Shown here one piece after another: positions 25,101-46,525 of a DNA stretch of 64,000 nucleotides. The position numbers and the translations under genes were made by a program. The DNA is from Macrostomum lignano (lineage: Eukaryota). The notes beneath the pieces were generated by a model, which searched no databases, was not told the origin of the DNA, and saw only the letters and a program-made list of their open reading frames with translations. Position 1 is the first letter of the stretch; every line of letters begins with the position of its first letter. The DNA is taken from the NCBI GenBank assembly GCA_002269645.1, contig NIVC01000511.1:1-64000 (forward strand), in the 5' to 3' direction.

Positions 25101-28100
25101 GTATTTAGCAGCGAAATATGCACTATTTGCCACTGCAGCACCTTCTGCTCCACTTTGAAGTATGTTCAAAATCTACTTTAGAAATTTAACTACTAACCAT
25201 TCTACTACTGCTACTTAAACGCAGTAGACAGTGCAGAGTTTTTTAGTGTTCAGAATGCAGTCACATAGAGCAGCTGGCATTCTCCACAGGGCGAGCCAGG
25301 CACAGACGGGCAGCGGGGTCCTCCAGGGACCTGCCAGCCCGAGCAGTGCCTCGCCGCCTCTGCTGGTCTCAAAGGCGTCTCGGCGATTCGTAAACTCGTG
25401 CGCGAGGAGCTGCAGGTGACCGCGAACGGGCCCAAGGGCGACAAAGGTGAACCAGGCTATTGTGGATCTTGCGGCGGTAGGACGGTGCCGTCAGGACGGA
25501 CAGCTGCTGGTGCCAGTGGACAGGCGCTGGCTTCAACTAGCGTGGTAATGCAATTATGTCGCAAGTCTGCTTTTAAAACCCCTCATTATGGAACTCACTG
25601 CGATTACTGCTTTGACTCAGCACAGTTAGCTTTGTAACTTGGTCTAAACTTACTCACCCTTTCCAAATTGCCTACCACACATTGCTCTCAATTGTGCCGA
25701 TGTACACACACAGCTTATACCTCTTGGGACTTCACCTCGCTCCGACTAGTCCCAATGTACGCAGTAACCTCTACCCCCTCGAGAATCCACCTCGCTTCGA
25801 CTAGTCCCAATGTACACAGTAACCTCTACCCCCTCGAGAATCCACCTCGCTCCGACTAGCCCCAATGTACACAGTTACCTCTATCCCCTCGGGAATCCAC
25901 CTCACTCCGATTAGCCCCAATGTACGCAGTAGCCTCTACCCCCTCGAGAATCCACCTCGCTCCGACTAGCCCCAATGTACGCAGTGAATCAAATTGAATT
26001 ATAGCTATGACTGCTCACTTCATTAGTTTTTTCAAGCTTAAACCTTGTGGGAAATAAAAAAATTCAAAAACAAATTTCAGCGCGTCATCGCAACGTATCA
26101 AGCTTTCGAGGACATCGCCTACGCTTTCGAAGAAGGCACCCTGGTGTTCACGAAGGACGAGAAGATTTTGTATTTGAAAACCGACTACCAACTGAACCAA
26201 TGGATTGAAGTCGCGAACTACATTGTAAGTTTCGCTGCATCCAATGCTTACAGCTAATAAAGTACGAGTAATTGTTAACATATTACATATTTAAGAACGA
26301 TTTTCATTCAAGGTGAAGCCGAAACTTCTGCTCGGGTTTCCGGTAATCCATTTTTTTAAACTTTGCCATTTAATTTTGCCTAGTCGAAGTTGGTACATGA
26401 AAAGTAGCGATTATTGCTGAATAATATATTTTAGACCACAACGGCGAGTCCCAGGCTGCGCTCCATGGCGCCGCAGCTGTTCCTGCCCTACGTGGTATCT
26501 GGCAAGAAGGTCAGCATGCTTTCACCTTTGCTTTCAAGCGAGTTCAATTCTTTACAGCTAAATTTTCGTTACAATCTGGAGAATAGGTTCTGGTGAAAAG
26601 AAAAAATTCACTGAGGCAAATTTTTATCAGTAGGCACAATAAACAAATACAAATTATCACAATTGCACTTTGCACTTTCTAATGTTAGCTTTGCAACATA
26701 GATACTTTAATAAATTAGGCACTTTACAACTTTACAATAGTAGACACACTATGACATTAGGGACTTTACAACAGTAGGCAAATTATAACATTAGGGTCTT
26801 TACAATAGAAGGCACATTATGACATTAGGGACTTTACAATAGTAGACACATTATGACATTAGGCACTTTACAATAGTAGACACATTATGACATTAGGCAC
26901 TTTACAATAGAAGGCACATTATGACATTAAGGACTTTACAGCAGTAGGCAAATTATAACAATAGGCACTTTACAACAATGGGCACGTTATACCGTTAGGA
27001 ACATTGCAACATTACTCGTAGGCACAATAGGCACGTTAAGGTACTTTATACAATATTAAACACTTTTCAACGTTAAACACTGTAAAACTTCCGACACATG
27101 ACCATAAAACTGACGAAATTTCATACTTTCAAATTTCTGCACACCTCACTACTATCCAGACGCTGCAAAAACCCTAGGAAAAATGTAAAACTCACGCTAC
27201 TCTTTCCTCATTCCATATCAAGTTTAACTTCCAAGAAATTTGGCCCCAACCCAACACCAGCTTCGCCTAGTGGCCTTACCAACCAAGCTCCGCGGCGACC
27301 TGTACTACAAGAACGCATTCAGCACCCTGGGAGCTGACTACGCCTGCCAGGACGCAGCCATGTTGGCCGGCCTAACCAAGAGCTACTTCAAAGTGTTCCT
27401 GAACGGCCAGTTCAACAATCTGGACACAATCGTTCACTCCTCGCAGAGAGCCGATGTTCCCGTGGTGAATTTGTATGTAAGTTGCTGCAGGAGGGAGCGA
27501 GCTGGGGGCAGAGTTGCTCATTGGTGGAAAGCACTCATGCTCCAACCCGTTCACCATGCCAGGGTCAGCAGCTGTTCAGCAGCTACGCGGACATGCTCAG
27601 GCGTGGCGCCTGGAACAGCAAAGTGCAGCTTCAGGATTTCAACGGGCGCAACTTGTCGCAGTGGCGCGAGCATCACGGACTGTGAGCCGATTGAGAGATT
27701 CATTCAACTCTGCAATAGAAACCTACTCACATCAACTTCAAGTAACTCTACACTGACTCTGACAAACTCCAACCGACTCTGACAAACTCCAACCGACTCT
27801 GACAAACTCCAACCGACTCTGACAAACTCCTAACGACTCTGACAAATTCCAACCGACTCTGACAAACTCCAATCGATTCTGACAAACTCCAACCGACTCT
27901 GACAAACTCCAACCGACTCTGACAAACTTCAATCGGCTCTGACAAACTCCAACCGACTCTGACAAACTCCAACTGACTCTGACAAACTCCAACCGACTCT
28001 GGCAAACTCCAACCGACTCTGAAAAACTCCTAACGACTCTGACAAACTCCAACCGACTTTGACAAACTCCAACCGACTCTGACAAACTCCAACCGACTCT

Positions 28101-29043
28101 GACAAACTCCAACTGACTCTGACAAACTCCAACCGACTCTGACAAACTCCAACCGACTCTGACAAACTCCAACCGACTCTGACAAACTCCAACCGACTTT
28201 GACAAACTCCAACCGACTCTGAAAAACTCCAACTGACTCTGGCAAACTCCAACCAACTCTCCAACACGCTTTAATTAATTCCAGCTAACTACGAACTACA
28301 ACAAACATCAACTGATTCAAACCAACTCCAAAAAACTCTAAAAATCTCCAACAGACTCCAACAGGCTCCAACCAACTCCAACAGGCTAATACCAACTCCA
28401 ACGGGCTCCTACCATTTCCAACAGGCTCCTACCAACTCCAACGGGCTCCTACCAACTCCAACAGGCTCCTACCAACTCCAACGGGCTAATACCAACTCCA
28501 ACAGGCTCCTACCAACTCCAACAGGCTCCAACCAACTCCAACAGGCTCCTACCAACTCCAACGGGCTAATACCAACTCCAACAGGCTCCTACCAACTCCA
28601 ACAGGCTCCAACCAACTCCAACAGGCTCCTACCAACTCCAACGGGCTAATACCAACTCCAACGGGCTAATACCAACTCCAACGGGCTAATACCAACTCCA
28701 ACGGGCTAATACCAACTCCAACAGGCTCCTACCAACTCCAACAGGCTCCTACCAACTCCAACGCTTCTCAAACAACATTTGCAGCTCGGAGATCTTAGCC
28801 TGGCAGGGTCTTCGCCAGGCCCAGCGAGAAGCGAACATCTTCAGCCAGGACTGCGAGGGCTTCACCAACCGGGACCCCATGAAGCTTGGCTACGCGACCG
28901 ACCTACTCAGCGGCCAGCTGTTCCAGTCCCGAGAGATCACCTGCGACGCTAGCCAGGTGGTCCTGTGCATCGAAGCCTTCGACGAGAATGCCGTCATCAC
29001 CGACCCCGCTGATTACAGGCGGAGGCGAAGGCGGCGAAGGTGA
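22111..29043 (+). CDS. Short multiplexin (collagen XV/XVIII-like): brief collagen repeats, trimerisation domain, endostatin domain; ~547 aa
   Basis: Proposed exons 22111-22312, 23477-23649 (these two tentative), 23964-24026, 24101-24172, 24251-24286, 25290-25544, 26081-26224, 26313-26342, 26435-26509, 27261-27476, 27563-27681, 28785-29043, all GT-AG and phase-consistent. Trimerisation-like SV|RVIATYQAF...EEGTLVF.KDEKILYLK; endostatin LRLVAL...GADYAC...VPVVNL...AWQG...CEGF...TC.....VLCIE with all four Cys. Confidence 0.85.
22610..23330. repeat. 30-bp minisatellite (CAGTAAGCCTCGACATCTCAGCAATTCCCC)
   Basis: Intronic array; produces spurious RLTGGIAEMS ORFs. Confidence 0.95.
24570..25035. repeat. 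~15-bp minisatellite (AAGTTTCGAGCTTGT[G])
   Basis: Intronic array; same family as 59210-59612 on the opposite strand. Confidence 0.92.
25725..25985. repeat. ~54-bp tandem repeat (ACCTCTACCCCCTCGAGAATCCACCTCGCTCCGACTAGCCCAATGTAC), ~5 copies
   Basis: Intronic array. Confidence 0.85.
26690..27000. repeat. ~33-bp degenerate minisatellite (CATTATGACATTAGGCACTTTACAATAGTAGACA)
   Basis: Intronic array. Confidence 0.8.
27750..28765. repeat. Two adjacent 20-bp minisatellites (CTCTGACAAACTCCAACCGA, 27750-28260; ACCAACTCCAACAGGCTCCT, 28300-28765)
   Basis: Both share an AACTCCAAC core; they fill the last multiplexin intron. Confidence 0.93.
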
Positions 29044-29904
29044 CTGCGTTGAGAGTTCTCCGACGGAAAAGGTTTTTTTTTCACGAATTCAGCATCTGAT
29101 TGGGGGCTTCTATACCGGTTTGCCACCGTTTATTAATTAGCACTGATTGCGCTGATTCTGCCGTTGTCTCAACATGAAATCAAGTCATTCGTTTGTGCGC
29201 CCGCAGCCTGTCAAATGCCTGTTTTTTGTCTGAATTTTATTAGCTTTGCTATCATTTCTTGTCCACATGCGTTTATCAAGTAATCCCTTTCATTTATTTT
29301 CTTTGGTCAGCAAATTTAGGTTTTTTGCGAGGCTTACGGGACAAAAAGCAATCGAACCAACTAGAGAATACCGGTCCACGCTTAATCCTCTGAATATTGC
29401 AAAATTTCATCATCGATTTGATGAAGCAGTTTGATCACTGAAATTTATAGTCAAGTTTTTGCTTATAATCATATTTTTTAATTAGCTCTGCTCCTAAAAA
29501 TGAATGCTTAAATTGCTTATTCTAGTGCACATTGGTAGCCAGTACATGTACTTTAGCGCGGCGAATTTTACTTTCGCAATTTAGAGGCATAGCTCGTAAA
29601 ATGCTACGGATTAGAAGCCTAGCTTTAGTGACCAAAAGTACAACATAAGCTCGCATACTGAACTAGGCAATATCCAGTCTGGTGCGTTGTCTTGCACCTA
29701 ATTGATCATTGATCATTTCAAATCGATTTTGTAAGCCTTTTAAATGTACCAATAAAATAAATTTATCGATATTTGAATCCCTTCTTAAAGGCCATTATTT
29801 CTAACTAAACATTTTAGACAAAAAACTAGAGTCTCGTAGAATATTCCGCGAACGTAAATTAACTTTTAATAATTTTCAATTAATGTGAACCACATTAAAA
29901 TCCC

Positions 29905-30125
29905 CCTCGGCCCTCGCCTAGCCCACTTAGACACCCACCTCACCCCCGCCTAGCCCACTTAGACACCCACCTCACGCCCTCGCCTAGGCCACTAAGACGC
30001 CCACTTCACTTTCCCGCCTAGCCCACATAGACACCCACCTCACTCCCTCGCCTAGCCTACATAGACACCCACCTCACTCCCTCGCCTAGCCTACATAGAC
30101 ACCCACCTCACGCCCTCGCCTAGCC
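29905..30125. repeat. ~37-bp tandem repeat (CTCGCCTAGCCCACTTAGACACCCACCTCAC)
   Basis: Visible array between the multiplexin and RGS 3' ends. Confidence 0.85.
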
Positions 30126-30872
30126 ATCTGAAGCAACCGGCTCTCCCTCCCTGTTTAGTTCTCCTCTCCCTACCTGCCTCCCTTGCCTTGCCCAGACTAG
30201 CGATTCAAGAAAAATGAAATTTAAAATTACACCGCAGGCACCGAAAAGTCGGAACAAACTTTGGCTAATTGAATACGCAGACAAATACTATCGAATGTTT
30301 GTCGAAGTTTACTTTTCTGACGGGGTATACAGTTTTAGTTGCATCATTCAAATAGCATTGTTTTTTCGTTCAATCCGGACAACACATAAGAAAAACAGGT
30401 CGCGTATGTTATCATTGGTAAATCTTCGTAATGCTCAGACAAAAGGGATGGGGGCTACAGTGTGGTCGCTTGTGTGTAGTTTTGCATTAATTCGGTCACG
30501 CGCTGTTCCAGGGAATGTGGAAGAAACAGCGCGACCAACTGCGAACGGCAGATGGGTGAATGATCGCTAGCGTAAAGTCCATAGCAATGCAGCGATTGAT
30601 TTATGACCTTCGAATCATCGCGCTAAGAAGTTTGTCAAAAAATCGCGGGCTGCATCGAAATCGGTTCTGGTTGATGAGCGTAATGGGAAATGGTGTTTCG
30701 CAATTCGTTATCGCAACCGACGACGGGTGACGACAGTAAAAAGACTAGGGGGGGGGGGGCGACTGCTGAGGGAAAATCCTCTCGGCCAGCCGATTCGGTG
30801 CTCCAGATCACACAGTTGTGAATTGATGCTCCGAAATTTTAACAACTAAAGCAAGAGTTGGTCCTGCCGCGG

Positions 30873-40453
<9,581 letters not shown>

Positions 40454-43400
40454 TGACTGCTGCTGATGCCGCTGTCCCGGCAGTCGCTGAAGCCGCTTTC
40501 GGTAGAGGAGGAGAAGTTGCTCTTTTTATCAGCGATTTCTTAGAAACTGATTTTAATTAGACGTTTCACAAATTGATTTCCAAATCTGGATTTGGATTTA
40601 AACTGTTGGAATTGACTTTCTCTTCTTAGAATTGTGGCAGAATTTATCAGCGGAGAAGTTTTACGTAGCAAGCTAGTGCTGCGGATTAATCCTTCATCCA
40701 AACACTGTGCGGTAAGAGTTGAGTGCAGTAGCAATTAGTGCACTGGTGAGGCGAGGTTGGCCGCTGCCTCGTGTCGGCTCTCGTCTCTCCCTGTCTCTCC
40801 AGCTGAGATTTTCGCCTTTTCTATCGAGCACGAGGATGGGGAGGGAGCGGCGCGGGGGGTGGGCAAGTCAGTCTAGAAGGTTGGGCTTTCCGCTTCGCCT
40901 CTGGGCCGACGCAGGCCTCCCTGCCCCGCTCTCCTCCCGCCACTGTTCTCCCCCTCTCAACTTCTCCCAATCCCCCGCCTGCTCCTTGGCGCTTGGGACG
41001 AGGTCGCACACTTGGACCAGAGAAGCGTGCGGCGCCCGAAACAGAGGGCGGAGAGGAGCTTAGCAGGATTACCAGTGCACTCAGGGAGCCGCTCTCAGGA
41101 GCAGACCTTAATTTGCAGAAGCTCTGCAGAAATTTCGAGCACGCCAATCCCACCATCCTTCATCTCTCTCCCCGCTGAGTTCCCTCCCTTTCATCATTAT
41201 TCTTTTTCGACAACTGCACAGAGCTAATCGAGGCTCATTGAACAATGCCGCCACTTATTAAGACACTAAGAGCCCTGACTCAAGAGGAAGTTCTTACCAG
41301 AAACGAAGCTAGCGCACTCGCAAAAGCTGTTGCTGGGCTCTGATGAGCCCCGCCTTTTGCTAAGCCTTCTGCTGCTTCTGAGAGGTAGAAAAGTTGCAGA
41401 AATCGCAGGGGTGGTACGTCTGGCAGGACGGTTTAAGCCTTTCTCTTGTCCGTGACTCCTTGAGCTCTCTGGCCACCCCTCCCCCTGTCTTCCTTAGCTG
41501 TTTTTGGCTAAGCTATTTTCGACGTTCCCCTTTTCTCTCGTCTCTCCCCCTCACTCGATCCTATTCTACGAGCTAGTTTGCCTTCTCTTCTGTTGCTATC
41601 TGGCTGGCAGCTCGCTGGTCCCAGCCGTCCCTGTCTGCCACTGACTGTCTGGGCGCTGTGCCGCAGCGGAGGAGGCCGACGCAGAGTCTGGGACGCTCGG
41701 CGGGGGTCACAGCCGAAACGAGTAGTTGAAGACGGCAGGGAGGGCCACTGTGTGTATACTCGTATTAAAAGCGAGCGAGCGGGGAGATTGAGGCAGAGAG
41801 GGAGATGGGGGGGGGTGGGGGCAGATCGAGCGAAACTCTGCCGCTGCTGCAGGAGGAGGCTCCCGGGCTTCCCGGGAGGGGGCGATGGGAGGGGAGAAGA
41901 GGGGAGGCGCCGGACCGGCTCGGGCAAGAAGTGCAAAAGCGGGCGGCAGTGCAAGAGAAGAAGTGTGGAAAGCGGGACGGGTGGTGAGGATGAACAGGGG
42001 GATAGAGGGGAGTCGGGCGGGGAGAGGCTCCGGCCATCTTAGCGTCGTTACTATTCAGAGAGCGCAGGCTAGTAGCGCAAAGGACACGGGAGCGGGGAGA
42101 GGCGTCACCCAACCCACCCTCCGCCCATCCCGGCTGCCATCACCCCTCTCGGTCTATCGGACAGATCCAGCTGCAGCGGAGATAGAAATAGAACGTAGAA
42201 AGGAGAATTTTCAGCCCGACTGACGCAAGACAGGAATGAGCATGAAGGGGAAAGTGAAGGATGAAGAGAGGAGACAGGGAAAGAGGCAGGAGGTGGAGAT
42301 CATCACTCGGACCCTCGGCTTTTGTTCCAACCTCTCAGCTGCGGCGCTTGCAGAGTCAGTCAGCTTAAAGACTAAGAGGCAGACTTGAGCGAGCCGTGTT
42401 AAAAAATGATGGGGTCGGAGAGGCGGTCAGAGGTCTGGAGAGAGAGGGGATGGAAATAAGCTAAAGCTGCCTCAAGGATTGGCTTTTTCCGCGAAGCTTA
42501 AGAAATCCCATTTTGCTGTTGACATGATAGAATCTGATCTTCAGAGTCTGCATTATTTTTGAAACAGAAAATTTGCTGCTCATCAGCAGCGGCTCATTCA
42601 TCACTCTATTTGCTCAGTCTGCGGCTTTCCAGTCTCTGTAGCGTGCAGCGCCGTTTATTCAATTCTTGTAAGACGCCTTTGATCTCCCCTTTGAAGGCGC
42701 ACCGCTGCTGCCTCCACCTCTTAACAAAATTGCCTAATCTCCTCCTTTTGCAGACTGGGGCTTTGACAAAACCAGGCCCGATATGATAGAGTGAAAGAAG
42801 ACGGACAGGCAAAACCGAGAAATATAGTGAGATATTGATACTCATCGAATAATACCTTGGCGCAGTCAACTTTTTTGACACCCTTCAAATCTCTGCATCT
42901 GTTCATCAGATTAAAGCAAAAATTGACGCAATTCAGCAACAATTTACTGGATTATCCACGGAATCGAAAATATGATTTTCCTCTTGCTTTGACCACACAG
43001 TGTTCATGAAACAGTCGTCTCATGCGAATCGAATAAGCCCAAAATATCGCGATCTCATATGTTATCTCTACGCTGCCATCATATCATCACTTACTTTAAG
43101 GTTAGGAGTTTTGGCCATAGACTAACCCTGCACATAAGCAAATCAACAGAAGCCATAAACTTGACACCAGCCGCAGAGTCACCAATCCGGAAGTTGAATC
43201 GAGTATATTGTTTTTTCTATGGTTCTAGGCAAGAATTTCCCGGCAGTAATTTTGTATTGTACCCTTTTGTCTATGGTTTTCGCCAACAATTCAATTGTTT
43301 GCCGGCTGTTTGAGATTATTTCCGGAAAATCAACGGTTGAATTTGGCTGTCAAAAAGAATCGCAAACATGACAACGACGAACAAAAACAAAAAACGGAGT

Positions 43401-43474
43401 AAATTTTTTGTTCCACTGTCCCAAACAAGTTCGTAAGGACAAACCGAATAACGAAGCGGTCATGTTTTACTTGT

Positions 43475-43815
43475 TCACCTGGCGATTGACGGACGGGGAT
43501 TCCACAGGTGCCTTTGAATGGCCGCACGAAAGCAGATGAGAGACTTCGGCGCGCAGTATGTTCCATCCTGCTTTCGAAGAAGCGAATAGAGAAGCTTCAG
43601 ATAATCGTTCAGGAATCGATCCGGTACACGCTCGAACTCCTGGCAGAGCCCCTTCTCATTGAGGAACTGGCGGAACCCTGCCACGTGAAGTTCTCGTTGG
43701 TCTCGATCGATTTCGGCACAGATTCAATCTCAATCCGGTCCAGCATAAGCAGATCTTCGCTAGTCAGCTCAGACAGCTCTTCAGTACTAGACCACGCATC
43801 TAAATTGTTCATCTC
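43475..43815 (-). mobile_element. Crypton-like (tyrosine recombinase family, DUF3504/ZMYM/KCTD1-type) N-terminal fragment, frameshifted
   Basis: IESVPKS...(fs)...HVAGFRQFLNEKG......VPDRFLNDYLKLLYSLLRKQDGTYCAPKSLICFRAAIQRHL matches the Crypton core-binding pattern L...L..FY...RK.DG..Y...SL...RAAI.R.L. No catalytic domain recognised. Confidence 0.6.
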
Positions 43816-43834
43816 CAGAACAAAGCGAGGTTTG

Positions 43835-44735
43835 TAACCATAGACAAAAGAGAACAATACTTAATGCAGATTGCGCAATCCCGACCATAGACAAAAGAGA
43901 ACAATACTTGATGCAGATTGCGCAATCCCGACCATAGACAAAGGGGAACAATACTTAATGCAGATTGCGCAATCCCGACCATAGACAAAAGGGAACAATA
44001 CTTGATGCAGATTGCGCAATCCCAGCCATAGACAAAAGGGAACAATACTTGATGCAGATTGCGCAATCCCGACCATAGACAAAAGAGAACAATACTTGAT
44101 GCAGATTGCGCAATCCCGACCATAGACAAAAGAGAACAATACTTGATGCAGATTGCGCAATCCCGACCATAGACAAAAGAGAACAATACTTGATGCAGAT
44201 TGCGCAATCCCAGCCATAGACAAAAGAGAACAATACTTAATGCAGATTGCGCAATCCCGACCATAGACAAAAGAGAACAATACTTGATGCAGATTGCGCA
44301 ATCCCGACCATAGACAAAGGGGAACAATACTTAATGCAGATTGCGCAATCCCGACCATAGACAAAAGGGAACAATACTTGATGCAGATTGCGCAATCCCA
44401 GCCATAGACAAAAGGGAACAATACTTGATGCAGATTGCGCAATCCCGACCATAGACAAAAGAGAACAATACTTGATGCAGATTGCGCAATCCCGACCATA
44501 GACAAAAGAGAACAATACTTGATGCAGATTACGCAATCCCGACCATAGACAAAAGAGAACAATACTTGATGCAGATTACGCAATCCCGACCATAGACAAA
44601 AGAGAACAATACTTGATGCAGATTGCGCAATCCCAGCCATAGACAAAACAGAACAATACTTGATGCAGATTGCGCAATCCCGACCATAGACAAAAGAGAA
44701 CAATACTTGATGCAGATTGCGCCATTCCAACCATA
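43835..44735. repeat. 47-bp minisatellite (GCAGATTGCGCAATCCCGACCATAGACAAAAGAGAACAATACTTGAT), ~19 copies
   Basis: Period 47 (43866 to 43913); abuts the Crypton-like ORF start. Confidence 0.95.
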
Positions 44736-45429
44736 GTCAAAAGGGAAAAATGTGCATAACATTGTTTACAGGTATTTTCGGACAACCCCATATTTTCAAA
44801 ACCTTCCCTTTGAGTTTTTGATCATAGACAATCGACGTGACTTGACTATCTTTGGCTAAACTCAAATCAAACCCTACGTGACGCGTAGGTACCGATTTAA
44901 ACCCGGAAAAATATCGCGAAAAAGGCAACAGACGACAAACTCATCGAGTTCTTGACAGTCTAGAAATAGTTTCAACTGGAACCCTACAAATGATTTTCTG
45001 AATCTAAAAGTTTCTGGGCCTTTCTATAGCTAGATACAAGCGGGAGCAGTTCCGTACTATAGCAACTATATATATTGCTTTTTTGTGCTCCTACGAGTGT
45101 ACAAGTTGACAGCTAATGTACTGGGCATGGCCTTAGCTACGCTTTTTAGTGCTAGAACGTTGCAGACCGGAATAGTGCAAATCCCAGAGGGAAAAGGAAT
45201 TAGTATAGGGCTCGATGAAGCGCGAAATTTTCTTTTGCCTCAAGCTGACGGCTGCTCGCACCAGTGAGTCTGAGAGTCGGCAAGCGCTGCCCGACAAACC
45301 GAAACTCGAATCGAAATCTGAAACTTCATTTCCGCCCTTGGCGGCCAATCCGAAATTCTTTGAACTGCAGCTTTTATCGAGAGCTTGTTTTTTATTCTAG
45401 TTTTCAGGCTGCTAAAGTCTATTGGGAAT

Positions 45430-46077
45430 AGTTGAGACTTGAAGGAGATGCTCTGAAGGAGACTGTGATAACACGACCTCTAGTGTGAGATGCTCTGAGG
45501 GAGACTGTGATAACACCACCTTTAGTGTGAGATGCTCTGAGGGAGACTGTGATAACACGACCTCTAGTGTGAGATGCTCTGAGGGAGACTGTGATAACAC
45601 GACCTCTAGTGTGAGATACTCTGAGGGAGACTGTGATAACACCACCTTTAGTGTGAGATGCTCTGAGGAGACGGTGATAACACCACCTCTAGTGTGAGAT
45701 GCTCTGAGGAGACGGTGATAACACCACCTCTAGTGTGAGATGCTCTGAGGAGACGGTGATAACACCACCTCTAGTGTGAGATGCTCTGAGGAGACGGTGA
45801 TAACACCACCTCTAGTGTGAGATGCTCTGAGGAGACGGTGATAACACCACCTCTAGTGTGAGATGCTCTGAGGAGACGGTGATAACACCACCTCTAGTGT
45901 GAGATGCTCTGAGGAGACGGTGATAACACCACCTCTAGTGTGAGATGCTCTGAGGAGACGGTGATAACACCACCTCTAGTGTGAGATGCTCTGAGGAGAC
46001 GGTGATAACACCACCTCTAGTGTGAGATGCTCTGAGGAGACGGTGATAACACGACCTCTAGTGTGAGATGCTCTGAG
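45430..46077. repeat. 41/42-bp minisatellite (GTGTGAGATGCTCTGAGGAGACGGTGATAACACCACCTCTA)
   Basis: 42-bp variant block followed by a 41-bp variant block. Confidence 0.95.
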
Positions 46078-46525
46078 GCGGAGTGAGACAGTACATGTAA
46101 ATTGACCCTGGGACTGAGCCAGCTACGAACTATAGCCAGTTAAATGCAAGGCAAGCGCAAAAGTCATGAAGAATGATGCATTATGATGGAAATTGGAGAT
46201 TTACATGCAAATTCGATAAGCGAGTATATTAGTGATAGAAAGCCGGTATACGGACAACTGAAGTACAAGGACGCTACACTGATATTCTTAGAAACGAGCT
46301 GGACGGGGGAAAGGAACGCGTGTTTATCGCATCGCAAGTGCATATTGTACGTAACGGAGAACACCATAGCGCTGAATGGGGTTTCGCCCATAGACAAATT
46401 CGGATTATTCGTATTGGAGCTGTTAAAAATGTGGACAAAACTGGACTGTAAGGAGGCAACCACAGAATACACCAGAATGCTCAATCAGCTTCCAAATCGA
46501 AAGCCGAAATATAAAACCATAGACA

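Noticed and set aside
40700-42500. GC/GA-rich short ORFs upstream of RGS
   Set aside because: No recognisable domains; probably promoter, 5' UTR or intron sequence.
43835-44735. CRISPR-like or other regularly spaced arrays (also 2336-3084, 45430-46077)
   Set aside because: Head-to-tail repeats without unique spacers, no cas genes, eukaryotic context.
46183-46460. ORF faintly like a LINE AP-endonuclease start (ANSI...IFLETSW...LYV)
   Set aside because: Too degenerate to support without a search.
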